Origin: Eledone cirrhosa
Taxonomy: Eukaryota
Direction: 5' to 3'
Assembly: GCA_964016885.1 (NCBI GenBank)
Contig: OZ024756.1
Location: 6,696,001 to 6,760,000, forward strand
Length of the DNA stretch: 64,000 nucleotides
Part shown: positions 1-11,431 of the stretch, one piece after another
Position numbering within the stretch: position 1 is the stretch's first letter
Layout: every line of letters begins with the position of its first letter
The notes under the pieces: generated by a model
What the model was told of the DNA's origin: nothing
Seen by the model: only the letters and a program-made list of their open reading frames with translations
Database searches by the model: none
Position numbers and translations under genes: made by a program

Positions 1-230
1 ATACTACCTGTAGAAACGGTTACCTTAATTAACTATTACACCTGGAGTATTGGCTACATTAACTATTACACCTCTAGAAACGGTTACCTTAATTAACAAT
101 TTTACCTGTAGTAATGACTACATTAATTAACTATTACACCTGTAGAAATGGTTACCGTAATTAATTAATTTTACCTGTAATAATGGCTACATTAATTAAC
201 TAAAACACCTGTAGCAAAGATTACAATAAT
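1..230. repeat. Degenerate ~33-38 bp minisatellite (ACACCTGTAG...TAATTAACTATT)
   Basis: Recurrent acacctgtagaaa/ggttaccttaattaactatt units. Confidence 0.7.
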
Positions 231-383
231 AACATTACAACAACATTACAACTTCGATACCAACAACAACACCTGTAATATCGAACTCCATTCACAACGG
301 AATCAGTCTTATAAAAGAAAAATCGACGAGTTAGTCACGGCTGGATCACAGATTTATATAAAACATTATCTGAGAACTAATAC

Positions 384-1410
384 CCCCATTACCTCCAGGA
401 CCACCCCACTACCACCACCATTACCTCCAGGACCACCCCCACTACCTCCAGGACCACCCCCACTACCTCCAGGACCACCCCATTACCTCTGGGACCACCC
501 CACTACCTCCAGGACCATCCCCATTACCTCCAGGACCACCCCCACTACCTCCAGGACCACCCCATTACCTCTGGGACCACCCCACTACCTCCAGGATCAC
601 CCCACTACCTCCAGGACCACCCCCACTACCTCCAGGACCACCCCATTACCTCCAGGACCACCCCCACTACCTCCAGGACCACCCCCACTACCTCCAGGAC
701 CACCCCATTACCTCCAGGACCACCCCATTACCTCCAGGACCACCCCCACTACCTCTAGGACCACCCCACTACCTCCAGGACCACCCCACTACCTCCAGGA
801 CCACCCCACTACCTCCAGGACCACCCCACTACCTCCAGGACCACCCCACTACCTCCAGGACCACCCCCACTACCTCCAGGACCACCCCCACTACCTCTAG
901 GACCACCCCACTACCTGCAGGACCACCCCACTACCTCCAGGACCACCCCACTACCTCCAGGACCACCCCACTACCTCCAGGACCACCCCACAACCTCCAG
1001 GACCACCCCATTACCTCCAGGACCACCCCCACTACCTCCAGGACCACCCCCACTACCTCCAGGACCACCCCCACTACCTCCAGGACCACCCCACTACCTC
1101 CAGGACCACCCCCATTACCTCCAGGACCACCCCCACTACCTCCAGGACCACCCCCACTACCTCTAGGACCACCACACTACCTCCCCTCCCACTACATCCA
1201 GGACCACCCCTCTACCTCTAGGACCGCCCCCAATACCTCAACACCACCCCCATTACCTCCAGGACCACCACACTAACTCAAGGATCACCCCACTACCTCC
1301 AGGACCACCCCACTACGTCCAGGACCACCCCCATTACCTCCAGGATCACCCCATTACCTCCAGGACCACCCCCACTACCTCCAGGACCACCACCTCTACC
1401 CCCAGGACCA
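384..1410. repeat. 20-21 bp minisatellite (CCCCACTACCTCCAGGACCA)n
   Basis: Roughly 50 near-identical tandem units, directly visible. Confidence 0.95.
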
Positions 1411-1544
1411 CCACTACAACAACAACAACTAATACAACATACTATCAATAACATTCAGACCACAATAAATATAGAGAAAAAACACGTGTTCGAACTCTAC
1501 CGGTTCTGATGACGTATGTTGCTTCTATCTGTGGGACAGCCTGT

Positions 1545-1765
1545 CATTGCCAGTGGCTGAGCATACCACCAGATACACGCACACCTTTAACGTAATTCTC
1601 AGGGAGATTTGTTGTGACAGAGAGTGTGACAAGGCTGGTCTTTCAAATTAAAGATACTTTGAATTATAATTTTGCCAGGTGATCTCAAGGGCAGAACTGG
1701 CCGCCGGGAATCGAACTAACGACCTAGCGGCCATGAGCCGAGCACCTTTGCCATTAACTCACACC
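1545..1765 (-). mobile_element. Degenerate tRNA-derived SINE (second family)
   Basis: Contains gtgtgacaaggctgg and ccgggaatcgaact (reverse B-box); similar to 42440-42670 and 54400-54610. Confidence 0.6.
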
Positions 1766-2137
1766 CATTCACTATAAACAACATATAGGTTTCTAATTTT
1801 TGACAGAGTACCAGCAGTTTTGGGGTGAGTGTAGAGGTGAGGGAGAGAAAGTTGATTAAAAATCGTCCCCAGTACATGACACTTTGTTACCGACTACAGA
1901 AAAAACAGTTGACTTTCGCGGGGTTTGAACGCAGGACGCAAAACTGACCCCCCCCCCCCCCCAAAAAAAAAAAAATCTATCTAAAATACTCAGGAAGATT
2001 CTGTCCGGCGGCGCTGTAACGGCTGTGTCAGTCCACCTGGCCTGAAACAGGACGATGCTACGCAATATAAACAAATGGTAAACTGGACTAGGTGTACAAA
2101 ACAAGGTGTGGAGAAGGAGGTAGGTTTGTGTACTTAC

Positions 2138-2234
2138 AGGTCTGGGTTCGCTTGGCGTGTGAGTCCATCAATAACCAGGTAAAAATCCAAAGATAACAGC
2201 CGTAGCGTAATATCCAGTCGGTATGGCAGGCCAT
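2138..2234 (-). CDS. Candidate first coding exon of a secreted or membrane protein: MACHTDWILRYGCYLWIFTWLLMDSHAKRTQT followed by a phase-1 intron
   Basis: Unique-sequence island; ATG at 2234 preceded by in-frame stops; hydrophobic signal-peptide-like core; ends at a consensus donor GTAAGTA starting at 2137. Downstream exons not resolved. Confidence 0.5.
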
Positions 2235-2324
2235 AATGTGTCGCTCTCATTAGAACCGCTTGCATCCACTCCAATGGTACTCCATGTGTTGTGGCAACAG
2301 AGACAGCGATGCAGTGATAGCTTA

Positions 2325-2842
2325 ATACTTACTGGTAGTAGTGGTAGTGGTAGGTTAATACTGCTGGTAGTGGTGGTAGTAGTGGTAGCTTAATACTGCT
2401 GGTGGTGGTGGTAGTAGTGGTGGTAGTAGTGGTAGCTTACTGCTGGTAGTAGTAGTGGTAGTAGTGGTGGTAGTAGTGGTAGCTTACTGCTGGTAGTAGT
2501 AGTGGTAGTAGTGATGGTAGCTTAATACTGCTGATAGTAGTAGTGGTAGTAGTGATGGTAGTGGTGGTAGCTTAATACTGCTGGTAGTAGTAGTGGTAGT
2601 AGTGGTGGTAGTAGTGGTAGCTTAATACTGCTGGTAGTAGTAGTGGTGGTAGTAGTGGTGGTAGTAGTGGTAGCTTAATACTGCTGGTAGTAGTAGTGGT
2701 GGTAGTAGTGGTAGCTTAATACTGCTGCTAGTAGTGGTAGTGGTGGTGGCTTACTGCTGGTAGTAGTGGTAGTAGTGGTGGTAGTGGTAGCTTAATACTG
2801 CTGGTAGTAGTGGTAGTAGTGGTGGCTTAATACTTGCTGCTG

Positions 2843-2876
<34 letters not shown>

Positions 2877-3011
2877 TAGTAGTAGTGGTGGTAGTAGTGG
2901 TCGTGATAGTGGTAGTAGTGGTAGTGGTGGTAACAGTAGTGACATTATTAGAGGTGGTGGTAGTAGTGATAGTGGTGGTGGCGGTGGCGGTGATAGCTTA
3001 ATACTTGCTGT

Positions 3012-3055
<44 letters not shown>

Positions 3056-4300
3056 ATGATGGTGGTGTTGGTGGTGGTAGTAGTGGTGGTGGAGGTGATA
3101 GCGGTAGTGATGTTGCTTGTGTTGGTGCTGGTGGTAGCGGCAGCGACAGCAGCAGCAGTAGTTTGTTAGTGATGGTGGTGGTGATGGTCATGGTGGTGGT
3201 GGTGGTGGTGATGGTCATGGTGGTGGTGGTGGTGGTGTGGGTGATGGTGTTGATTGTGATGGTGATGTAAATTGTGATGGAGGCGGTGGTGGTTTTATTG
3301 ATAATTGTGAGGGTGGTGGTGGTGGTGGTGGAGGTGATGGTGGTGTTGATCGTGGTGGTGGAGGCGGTGGTGATGCTGATTGTGGTGGTGGAGGCGGTGG
3401 TGGTGTTGATTGTGGTGGGGGAGGCGGTGGTAGGGTGGTTGTAGTGTTAATATGTTATGTTAGTTGGTAAAGTTACATGATTGGTGGTGGTGGAGGTGGT
3501 GTTGGTGGTGATGGTGGTGGTGGTGGAGGTGGTGGTGGTGGAGGTGGTGGTGGTGGAGGTGGTGTTGGTGGAGGTGGTGTTGGTGGTGATGGTAGTGGTG
3601 GTGTGGTGGAGGTGGTGGTGGTGGTGATGGTGGTGGTGGTGGAGGTGGTGTTGGTGGTGATGGTGGTGGTGGTGGAGGTGGTGTTGGTGGTGGTGGTGGA
3701 GGTGGTGTTGGTGGTGGTGGTGGTGGTGGATGTGGTGGTGGTGGTGGTGGTGGAAGTGATGGTGGTGGAGGTGGTGTTGGTGGAGGTGGTGTTGGTGGTG
3801 ATGGTAGTGGTGGTGTGGTGGAGGTGGTGGTGGTGGTGATGGTGGTGGTGGTGGTGGTGGTGGTGGTGGTGGTGGAAGTGATGGTGGTGGTGGTGGTGTG
3901 GTGGTGGTGGTGGAGGTGGTGGTGGTGGTGTTGGTGGTGGTGGTGTAGGTGGTGGTGGTGGTGGTGGTGGAGGTGGAGGTGATGTTGGTGGTGGTGGTGG
4001 AGGTGGTGGTGGTGGTGGTGGTGGAAGTGATGGTGGTGGAGGTGGTGTTGGTGGAGGTGGTGTTGGTGGTGATGGTAGTGGTGGTGTGGTGGAGGTGGTG
4101 GTGGTGGTGATGGTGGTGGTGGTGGAGGTGGTGGTGGTGGTGATGGTGGTGGTGGTGGTGATGGTGGTGGTGGTGCTTGTGTTGGTAGTGGTGGTGGTGA
4201 TGGCGGTGGTGGTGGTGGTGGTGGTGATGGTAGTGGTGGTGGAGGTGGTGGTGGTGGTACTATGCAATAGTACTGATGGTGGCGGCGGCGGTGGTGGTAT
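2325..4300. repeat. (GGT/AGT)n trinucleotide tract with an interspersed CTTAATACTGCT motif
   Basis: Direct reading. Confidence 0.95.
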
Positions 4301-4749
4301 TGTTCCTATTGGTGTTGGCGTCCATCGACGAAGCTCGTGTTCCTACGTATGTGTGTGTAATTGGCTGTGTATATGTGTGTGTGTATATATAGGCGCGTGT
4401 GTGTGTTTGTGTCTCTGTGTGTATATGTATGCGAGCGTGCGTATGTACATATATATATATGTGCGTGTGTGTGTATATATATATGTGTGCGTGTATATAT
4501 ATGTGAGTGTGTGTGTGTGTATATATGAGTGTGTGTTTGTGTGTCTATGTATATGTGTATAATATACATATATATAAGAGTGTGTGTGTGTGTGTGTGTG
4601 TGTCGGAGTTGGGGGTACAAGATTCAATGATGTTGTTAGGGGGAGGCGCAGGGGTGGAGGAGACAGAATAACAACAACAACAACAACAACAATAGCAACA
4701 ACAGCAGCGGGTTGTGAGAGGGAAGTGAGTGCGTTGGCGACGACGACCC

Positions 4750-5595
4750 ATCTCCACCACCATCACCTCCTACACCACTATCACCATCTTCACCATCTTC
4801 ACCATCATCACCACCACCCCACTACCACCACAACCGCCATCATCACCACCATCACCACCACCACCACCACCACCACCACAACCACCATCATCACCATCAC
4901 TATCACCATCTTCACCATCATCACCACCAACACCACCACCCCACTACCACCACAACCGCCATCATCACCACCATCACCACCACCACCACCACCACCACCG
5001 CCACCACCATCACCACCACCACCACCATCACCACCTTCACCACCACCACCATCACCACCATCACCACCACCACCACCATAACCACCATCACCACCACCAC
5101 CACCATCACCACCATCACCACCATCACCACCTTCACCACCACCACCATCACCACCATCACCACCACCACCATCACCACCATCACCACCATCACCTCCACC
5201 ACCGCCACCATCACCACCACCACCATCATCACCACCATCACCACCATCAGCACCACCACCACCATCACCACCATCACCAACACCACCACCACCACCACCA
5301 ACACCATCATCACCACCACCACCATCACCACCATCACCCCCACCACCATTAACACCATCAACACCATCACCATCATCACCACCAACACCACCACCCCACT
5401 ACCACCACCACCATCACCACCATCACCGCCACCACCATCATTACCACCATCACCACCATCACTATCACCATCTTCACCATCATCAGCACCAACACCACCA
5501 CCTCACTACCACCACCACCATCACCACCATCACCGCCACCACCATCATTACCACCACCACCATCACCACCACCATCACCCCCATCACCACCACAA
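4750..5595. repeat. (CAC/CAT)n trinucleotide tract
   Basis: Direct reading; complementary to the upstream (GGT)n tract. Confidence 0.95.
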
Positions 5596-5769
5596 AAAGC
5601 GGTAGTAATAGTAGTAGTAATAGTAGTGGTGGTGGTGGTGAGAGGAGTAGGCGGAGTAGACTGCTGGTAGTGCTGGTGTTGTCGGACTAGACGAGGGGGC
5701 GGTCCGGATTAAAGGAGTTTGTTGACATCAACCATAACAACAACAACATGCTTTATAAGTCATATGCTT

Positions 5770-6095
5770 GTTATTATGGCGAGAATGGCCGGTGTGAATG
5801 GGCCTACTCTGACCATGCTCTATAGGCTAGCTAACTTGAGGAGAGAGGAGCTCTCCCTGGGTGCCCTAGAAGCGCAGGGTGGTTCAGGATTGGTGACGTA
5901 CCCGAGTCACCCCAGGGTCGTCCACCCCCTATTGGGGAATTTATTTTGTTTTATTTATGCATAGTTTATTTTATATTTGTATATCTTCATTGTTAACCAA
6001 GTCTTGTCATTGTGCACTTTTACTCGACCTTATTGTAAACCCCCCACTGTCCCTGTCTTCGTATTGTCCCCTGCATGTGGCTAATGAATGAAATC
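5770..6095 (+). mobile_element. Probable 3' end (ORF tail and UTR) of a non-LTR retrotransposon
   Basis: Short peptide tail ARMAGVNGPTL followed by a UTR-like segment ending gctaatgaatgaaat; resemblance from recall only. Confidence 0.3.
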
Positions 6096-6098
6096 ATT

Positions 6099-6632
6099 TT
6101 GGCAGTATCGGTAGAGGGTCGGACGCCATGCATTGACGCATAGAGTTACGGCCCTTGCCATTCTCAGTTCAAATCCCGCCGAAGTTAACTTTACCTTTCA
6201 TCCTTACGGGGTCGATAAAATAAAGTACCAGTAATACACTGCTTTAATTGCTGGCTTTGTGCCTATAGTAGAAACAATTATTGGCAGTATCAGTAGAGGG
6301 TCGGACGCCATGCTTTCCAGCATAGTTACGTCCCTTTACAATCTGAGTTCAAATCTCGCTGAGGTTGACTTTGCTTTCATCCTCACGGGGTCGATAAAAT
6401 AAAGTACCAGTAATGCACTGGGTATTTGCTGGCCTTGTGCCAAAAATAGATACAGCTATTATTGTTATTAATAAGTGTGTTGGGTTACCAGTATCAGTAG
6501 AGGGTCTGGCGCCATGCTTTGCAGCATAGAGTTACGGCCCTTTATAGGCTGAGTTCAAATCCCGCCGATGTTAACTTTACCAGTAATACACTGGTTTATT
6601 GCTGGCCTTGTGCCAAAAGTAGAAATAATGTA
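6099..6632 (+). mobile_element. Three tandem copies of the dominant tRNA-derived SINE
   Basis: Each copy: TGGCAGTATCGG (A-box), GAGTTCAAATCC (B-box), ctttcatccttacggggtcgataaaataaagtaccag (core deleted in copy 3), ttgtgcc..aagtagaaacaatta; starts near 6099, 6281, 6482. Confidence 0.9.
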
Positions 6633-6634
6633 TA

Positions 6635-7025
6635 TTATTAATAAGTGTGTATGTGTATGGGTGTATGTGTGTGAGTGAGTGTGTGTGAGTGCGTATGTGT
6701 GTGAGTGAGTGTGTGTGTGTGTGAAAGAGAGTGTGTGTATGTGCGTGTATGTGAGTGAGTTAGTGTGTGTGTGTGCGTGTGTGAGTGTGTGTATGTGTGT
6801 GAGTGAGTGCGTGTGTGTGTGTGCGTACGTGTGTGAGTGTGTGTGTATGTGTGTGAGTAAGCGTGTGTGCGTGTGTGTGTATGTATGTGTGAGTGTGTGT
6901 GTCTGTGTCTGTATGTGTGTGAGTGAGCGAGTGTGTGTGCGTGTGTGAGTGAGTGTATGTGTGTGAGGATGTGTGTCTGTGTGTGTATGTGTGTGAGTGA
7001 GTGTGTGTGATTGTGTATGTGTATG
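6635..7025. repeat. (TG)n-rich microsatellite
   Basis: Direct reading. Confidence 0.9.
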
Positions 7026-7049
7026 ATGTTATCATTGTGTCAATGAGGG

Positions 7050-7220
7050 GACTGGACTGGCAGAGTAGTTCGACTGCCAGACACAATACCTTGCGGTATT
7101 TGTTCTGTCTCTTTACGTTCTCAGTTCAAATCCCGCCGAGGTCACCTTTACATTTTATCCTTCTGAGGTCGATAAAGTAAAGCACCAGTAATGCATTGGG
7201 GTCGAAATAGAAATAATCAT
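7050..7220 (+). mobile_element. tRNA-derived SINE, diverged copy
   Basis: B-box gttcaaatcc and core atccttctgaggtcgataaa. Confidence 0.8.
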
Positions 7221-8160
7221 TGTGGTATTATAAATGTGCGTGTGTTATGGTATTATAAATGTGTGGGTGTGTGTATGTGAGCGTGTGTGTGTGTGTGGTA
7301 TTATAAATGTGCGTGTGTGTATGTGGGGGTGTGTGATATTATAAATGTGTGTGTGTTTGTATGTGGCCGTGTGTGTGTGTGTGTGTGTTGTATTATAAAT
7401 GTGCGTGTGTGTATGTGGGTGTGTATGGTATTATAAATGTGTGTGTGTGTATGTGGGCGTGTGTGTGTGTTGTATTATAAATGTGTGTGTGTGTGGTATT
7501 ATAAATGTGTGTGTGTGTATGTGGGCGTGTGTGTGTGTGTGTGGTATTATAAATGTGTGTGTGTATGTGGGTGTGTGTGGTATTATAAATGTGTGTGTGT
7601 GTGTGTGGGCGTGTGTGTGTGTGTGGTATTATACATGTGTGTGTGTGTATGTGGGTGTGTGTGGTATTATAAATGTGTATGTGTGTATGTGGGTGTGTGT
7701 TTGTGTGGTATTATAAATGTGTGTGTGTCGGTGTGTGTGTGCCGGTGTGTGCGGTATTATAAATGTGTGTGTGTATGTGGGTGTGTGTGTGTTTGTGTGG
7801 TATTATAAATGTATGTGTGTGTATGTGGGTGTATGTGGGTATGTGTGTGTTTGTGTGGTATTATAAATATGTGTGTCGGTGTGTGTGTGTGGTATTATGT
7901 GTGTGTGCCGGTATGCGTGTGTGGTATTATACATGTGTGTGTGTGTGCATGTGGGTGTGTGTGTGTTTGTGTGGTATTATAAATGTATGTGTCGGTGTGT
8001 GTGCCGGTGTGTGTGGTATTATAAATGTGTGTGTGCGTGCATGTGGGTGTGTGTGGTATTATAAATGTATGTGTGTATGTGGGTGTGTGTTTGTGTGGTA
8101 TTATATAATGTGTGTGTGTCGGTGTGTGTGACGGTGTGTGTGTGGTATTATAAATGTGTG
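7221..8160. repeat. TG-rich minisatellite with GGTATTATAAAT anchor
   Basis: Direct reading. Confidence 0.9.
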
Positions 8161-8342
8161 GATTGGCAGAATCGGTAGAGTGTCGGACGCCATGCTTGTA
8201 GTATAGAGTTACGGCCCTTTCCATTCTGAGTTCAAATCCCGCCGAGGTCAACTTTGCCTTTAATCCCTACGGGCTCGATAACATTAAGTACCAGTAATGT
8301 ACTGGGGTATTTGCTGGCCTTGTGCCAAAAGTAGAAATATTA
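8160..8342 (+). mobile_element. tRNA-derived SINE
   Basis: Full A-box, B-box, core and tail. Confidence 0.9.
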
Positions 8343-8344
8343 TA

Positions 8345-9096
8345 AATGTGTCTCCATGTCTGTGTGGGTGTCTGTGTGTGTGTGTGTGTGTATGTCTGTG
8401 TGTGCGTGTGTGTGTATATTAGAGATAGGTGTGTCGGTGTGAGTGTGTGTGTAGGTGTGCGTATGTGTGTGTGTGTATGTGTATGTATGTATATACTACA
8501 CATATGTGTACATGTGTGTTGTTCGGTGTGTGTGTATATGTGTGTGTATGTGTGTGTATGTGCGTGTGTATGTGTGTGTATCTATATACTATAGGCATGG
8601 GTACATGTGTGTTGTTCGGTATATGTGTGTGTATGTGCGTGTGAGTGTGTGTGTGAGTGTGTGTGTATGTGGGTGTATGTGTGTGTGAATGTGTGTGTAT
8701 GTGTGTGTATCTATATACTAGAGGTATATGTACATGTGTGTTGTTCGGTATATGTGTGTGTATGTGAGTGTATGTGTGGTGTGAGTGTGTGTGTATGTGT
8801 CTGTATGTGTGTGTTTGTGTGTTTGTATGTGTATGTATGTGTGTGTGTGTGTATGAGTGTGTATCTATAAACTACAGGTATGTGTACATGTGTGTTGTTC
8901 GGTATGTGTGTGTGTGTGCATGTGTGTGTGAGTGTGTGAGTGTGTGTGTATGTGTCTGTATGTATATACTACAGATATGTGTATATGTGTGCTGTTCGGT
9001 ATAGTTGTGTGTATGTGTGTATGTGTGTGTGTGCATGTGTGTGTGAGTGTGTGTATGTATATACTATAGATATGTGTATATGTGTTGTTCGGTATA

Positions 9097-9127
<31 letters not shown>

Positions 9128-9805
9128 ATGTGTGTGTGTGCATGTGTGTGTGAGTGTGTGTGTGAGTGCGTGTATGTATATACTATAGATATGTGTATAT
9201 GTGTGTTGTTCGGTATATGTGTGTGTGTCAGTGTGTGTGTATGTGTGTATATGTGTGTTGTTCGGTATATGTGTGTGTGTGAGTGTGTGTGTATGTGTGT
9301 GTGTGCATGTGTGTGTGAGTGTGTGAGTGGGTGTATGTATATACTACAGATATGTGTATATGTGTGTTGTTCGGTATATGTGTGTGTGTGTATGTGTGTA
9401 TATGTGTGTGTGTGCATGTGTGTGTGAGTGTGTGTATGTATATACTACAGATATGTGTATATGTGTGTGTGTATGTGTGTATATGTGTGGTGTTCGGTAT
9501 ATATGGGTGTATGTGTGTATATGTGTCTGTGTGCTGTGTGTGTATGTCTCTGTATGTATATACTACAGATATGTGTATATGTGTGTTGTTCGGTATATCT
9601 GTGTGTATGTGTGTGTATATGTGTGTGTGTATATGTGTGTGTGTATACGTGTGTTGTTCGGTATATGTGTGTGTATGTGTGTATATGTGTGTTGTACGGT
9701 ATATGTGTGTATATGTGTGTGTATGTGTGTATATGTGTGTGTGTGCATGTGTGTGTGAGTGTCTGTATGTATATACTACAGATATGTGTATATGTGTGTG
9801 TGTGT
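8345..9805. repeat. TG-rich minisatellite (TATACTACAGATATG...GTTGTTCGG)
   Basis: Direct reading. Confidence 0.9.
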
Positions 9806-9884
9806 TAACCTCGACCGAAAACTTAGACAGAAAAGTTCCTATACTGACCAAGATACTCTCATGGAATGACCACATGAGGCGGAA

Positions 9885-10000
9885 GGTGTGTGGTGGAGTG
9901 GTTAGAGAACTGGAATGGCAATTGTGAGGTCGTGAGTTCGACTCCCGGAGCAGGCGATGTGTTATGTCCTTGAACAAGACACTTTACTTCTCGTTGCTCC
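9885..10000 (+). mobile_element. tRNA-derived SINE head (second family)
   Basis: A-box tggtggagtggttag, B-box gagttcgactcc, then gtccttgaacaagacacttta. Confidence 0.75.
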
Positions 10001-10186
10001 TTCTACCTGGAGTTTGCACCGATAGATAGTAGTAGCAATTGGAAAGACCAATGGAAACATTGTTTACTCGGTCCGATTTGTCGAAGGTCGATCGACTGTC
10101 GTATATATGTGTGTGTGTTACCTTTATGTGATATTACCTATATATGTGTGATATTAACTATATATATATTTATATGTGTGTGATAC

Positions 10187-10242
<56 letters not shown>

Positions 10243-10314
10243 CTTCCCTATGTATATGCCTGTGTGTTACCAGTATATAAGCGTGTGTTAACCTATATCT
10301 ATATATACGCATAT

Positions 10315-10892
10315 ACATGATATTACCAGTGTATATGTGATATTAACTGTATATATGTGATATTAACTGTATATATGTGATATTACCTGTGTATATGTGA
10401 TATTACCTGTATATATGTGATATGAACTGTATATATGTGATATTAACTGTATATATGTGATATTAACTGTATATATGTGATATGAACTGTATATATGTGA
10501 TATTACCTGTATATATGTGATATTACCTGTTTATGTGTGATAATACCTGTATATATGTGATATTACCTGTTTATGTGTGATAATACCTGTATATATGTGA
10601 TATTACCTGTTTATGTGTGATAATACTTGTATATATGTGATATTACCTGTGTATATGTGATATTACCTGTATATATGTGATATGAACTGTATATATGTGA
10701 TATTAACTGTATATATGTGATATTAACTGTATATATGTGATATTACCTGTTTATGTGTGATAATACCTGTATATATGTGATATTACCTGTTTATGTGTGA
10801 TAATACCTGTATATATGTGATATTACCTGTTTATGTGTGATAATACTTGTATATATGTGATATTACCTGTATACGAGTGATATTACCTGTTT
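10315..10892. repeat. 20-bp minisatellite (GTGATATTACCTGTATATAT)n
   Basis: About 28 tandem units. Confidence 0.95.
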
Positions 10893-11272
10893 ATCCATCT
10901 AGGGCGGGTAAAATTCCCGAGATCCATGGACGAGTTCTCTCCAGCGGTCTCTATCCCTCATTATCGCTGCCATGTCCTGCGTCTCCAAGAGACCAGTGGC
11001 TGTCCTTAAGACCTCAACATACGTTAACCTTGGTCTTCCACTTCCAGTGTGTCCATGTAGGGGCTCCCACAGGAGCACAGAGTGCAATGTCAACACTGGA
11101 TGTCGGTGAGCATGTCAAGTTAACATCAGTCTCCTCTCTGTCACTTTCGAACTGACTTTTGGGAGGCTCCCATACAGCTCTGAGTTTTTCATCCTCAGTG
11201 TATACTGATTAATGTTCAGAGCCAAGAAACTCACTCAGATAATGGATAGGTGCTACACGAGATTGCTGAGTA
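10893..11272 (-). mobile_element. 3' fragment of RTE-type LINE (same family as 34199-35427)
   Basis: Encodes LTLHSVLLWEPLHGH...RWRELVHGSREFYPP*, matching the C-terminus at 35230-35427; small internal inversion near 11223-11272. Confidence 0.9.
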
Positions 11273-11431
11273 TATTAGCTGTATATATGTGATAATCCCT
11301 GTATGTGTGTTACCTAATCGAACATGTACTAGAATTGAGAGCGGTAAGTTAGCAGAGTTTTGAGGCCGTTCAGAGTAAAATAGTTTCGTTAATTGTTTCA
11401 GTTAATTTGATTCCGAGAACAAATCCCGCCG

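Noticed and set aside
273-307. Second exon joined directly to 2138-2234
   Set aside because: Good acceptor, but the phase-1 join gives TAC-TGA and the donor GTGTTG is weak
1500-1540. CTGATGA as a hammerhead core
   Set aside because: No stem II or GAAA downstream
6099-6280. tRNA gene
   Set aside because: A/B boxes belong to a SINE head followed by a non-tRNA core and tail, present in many copies
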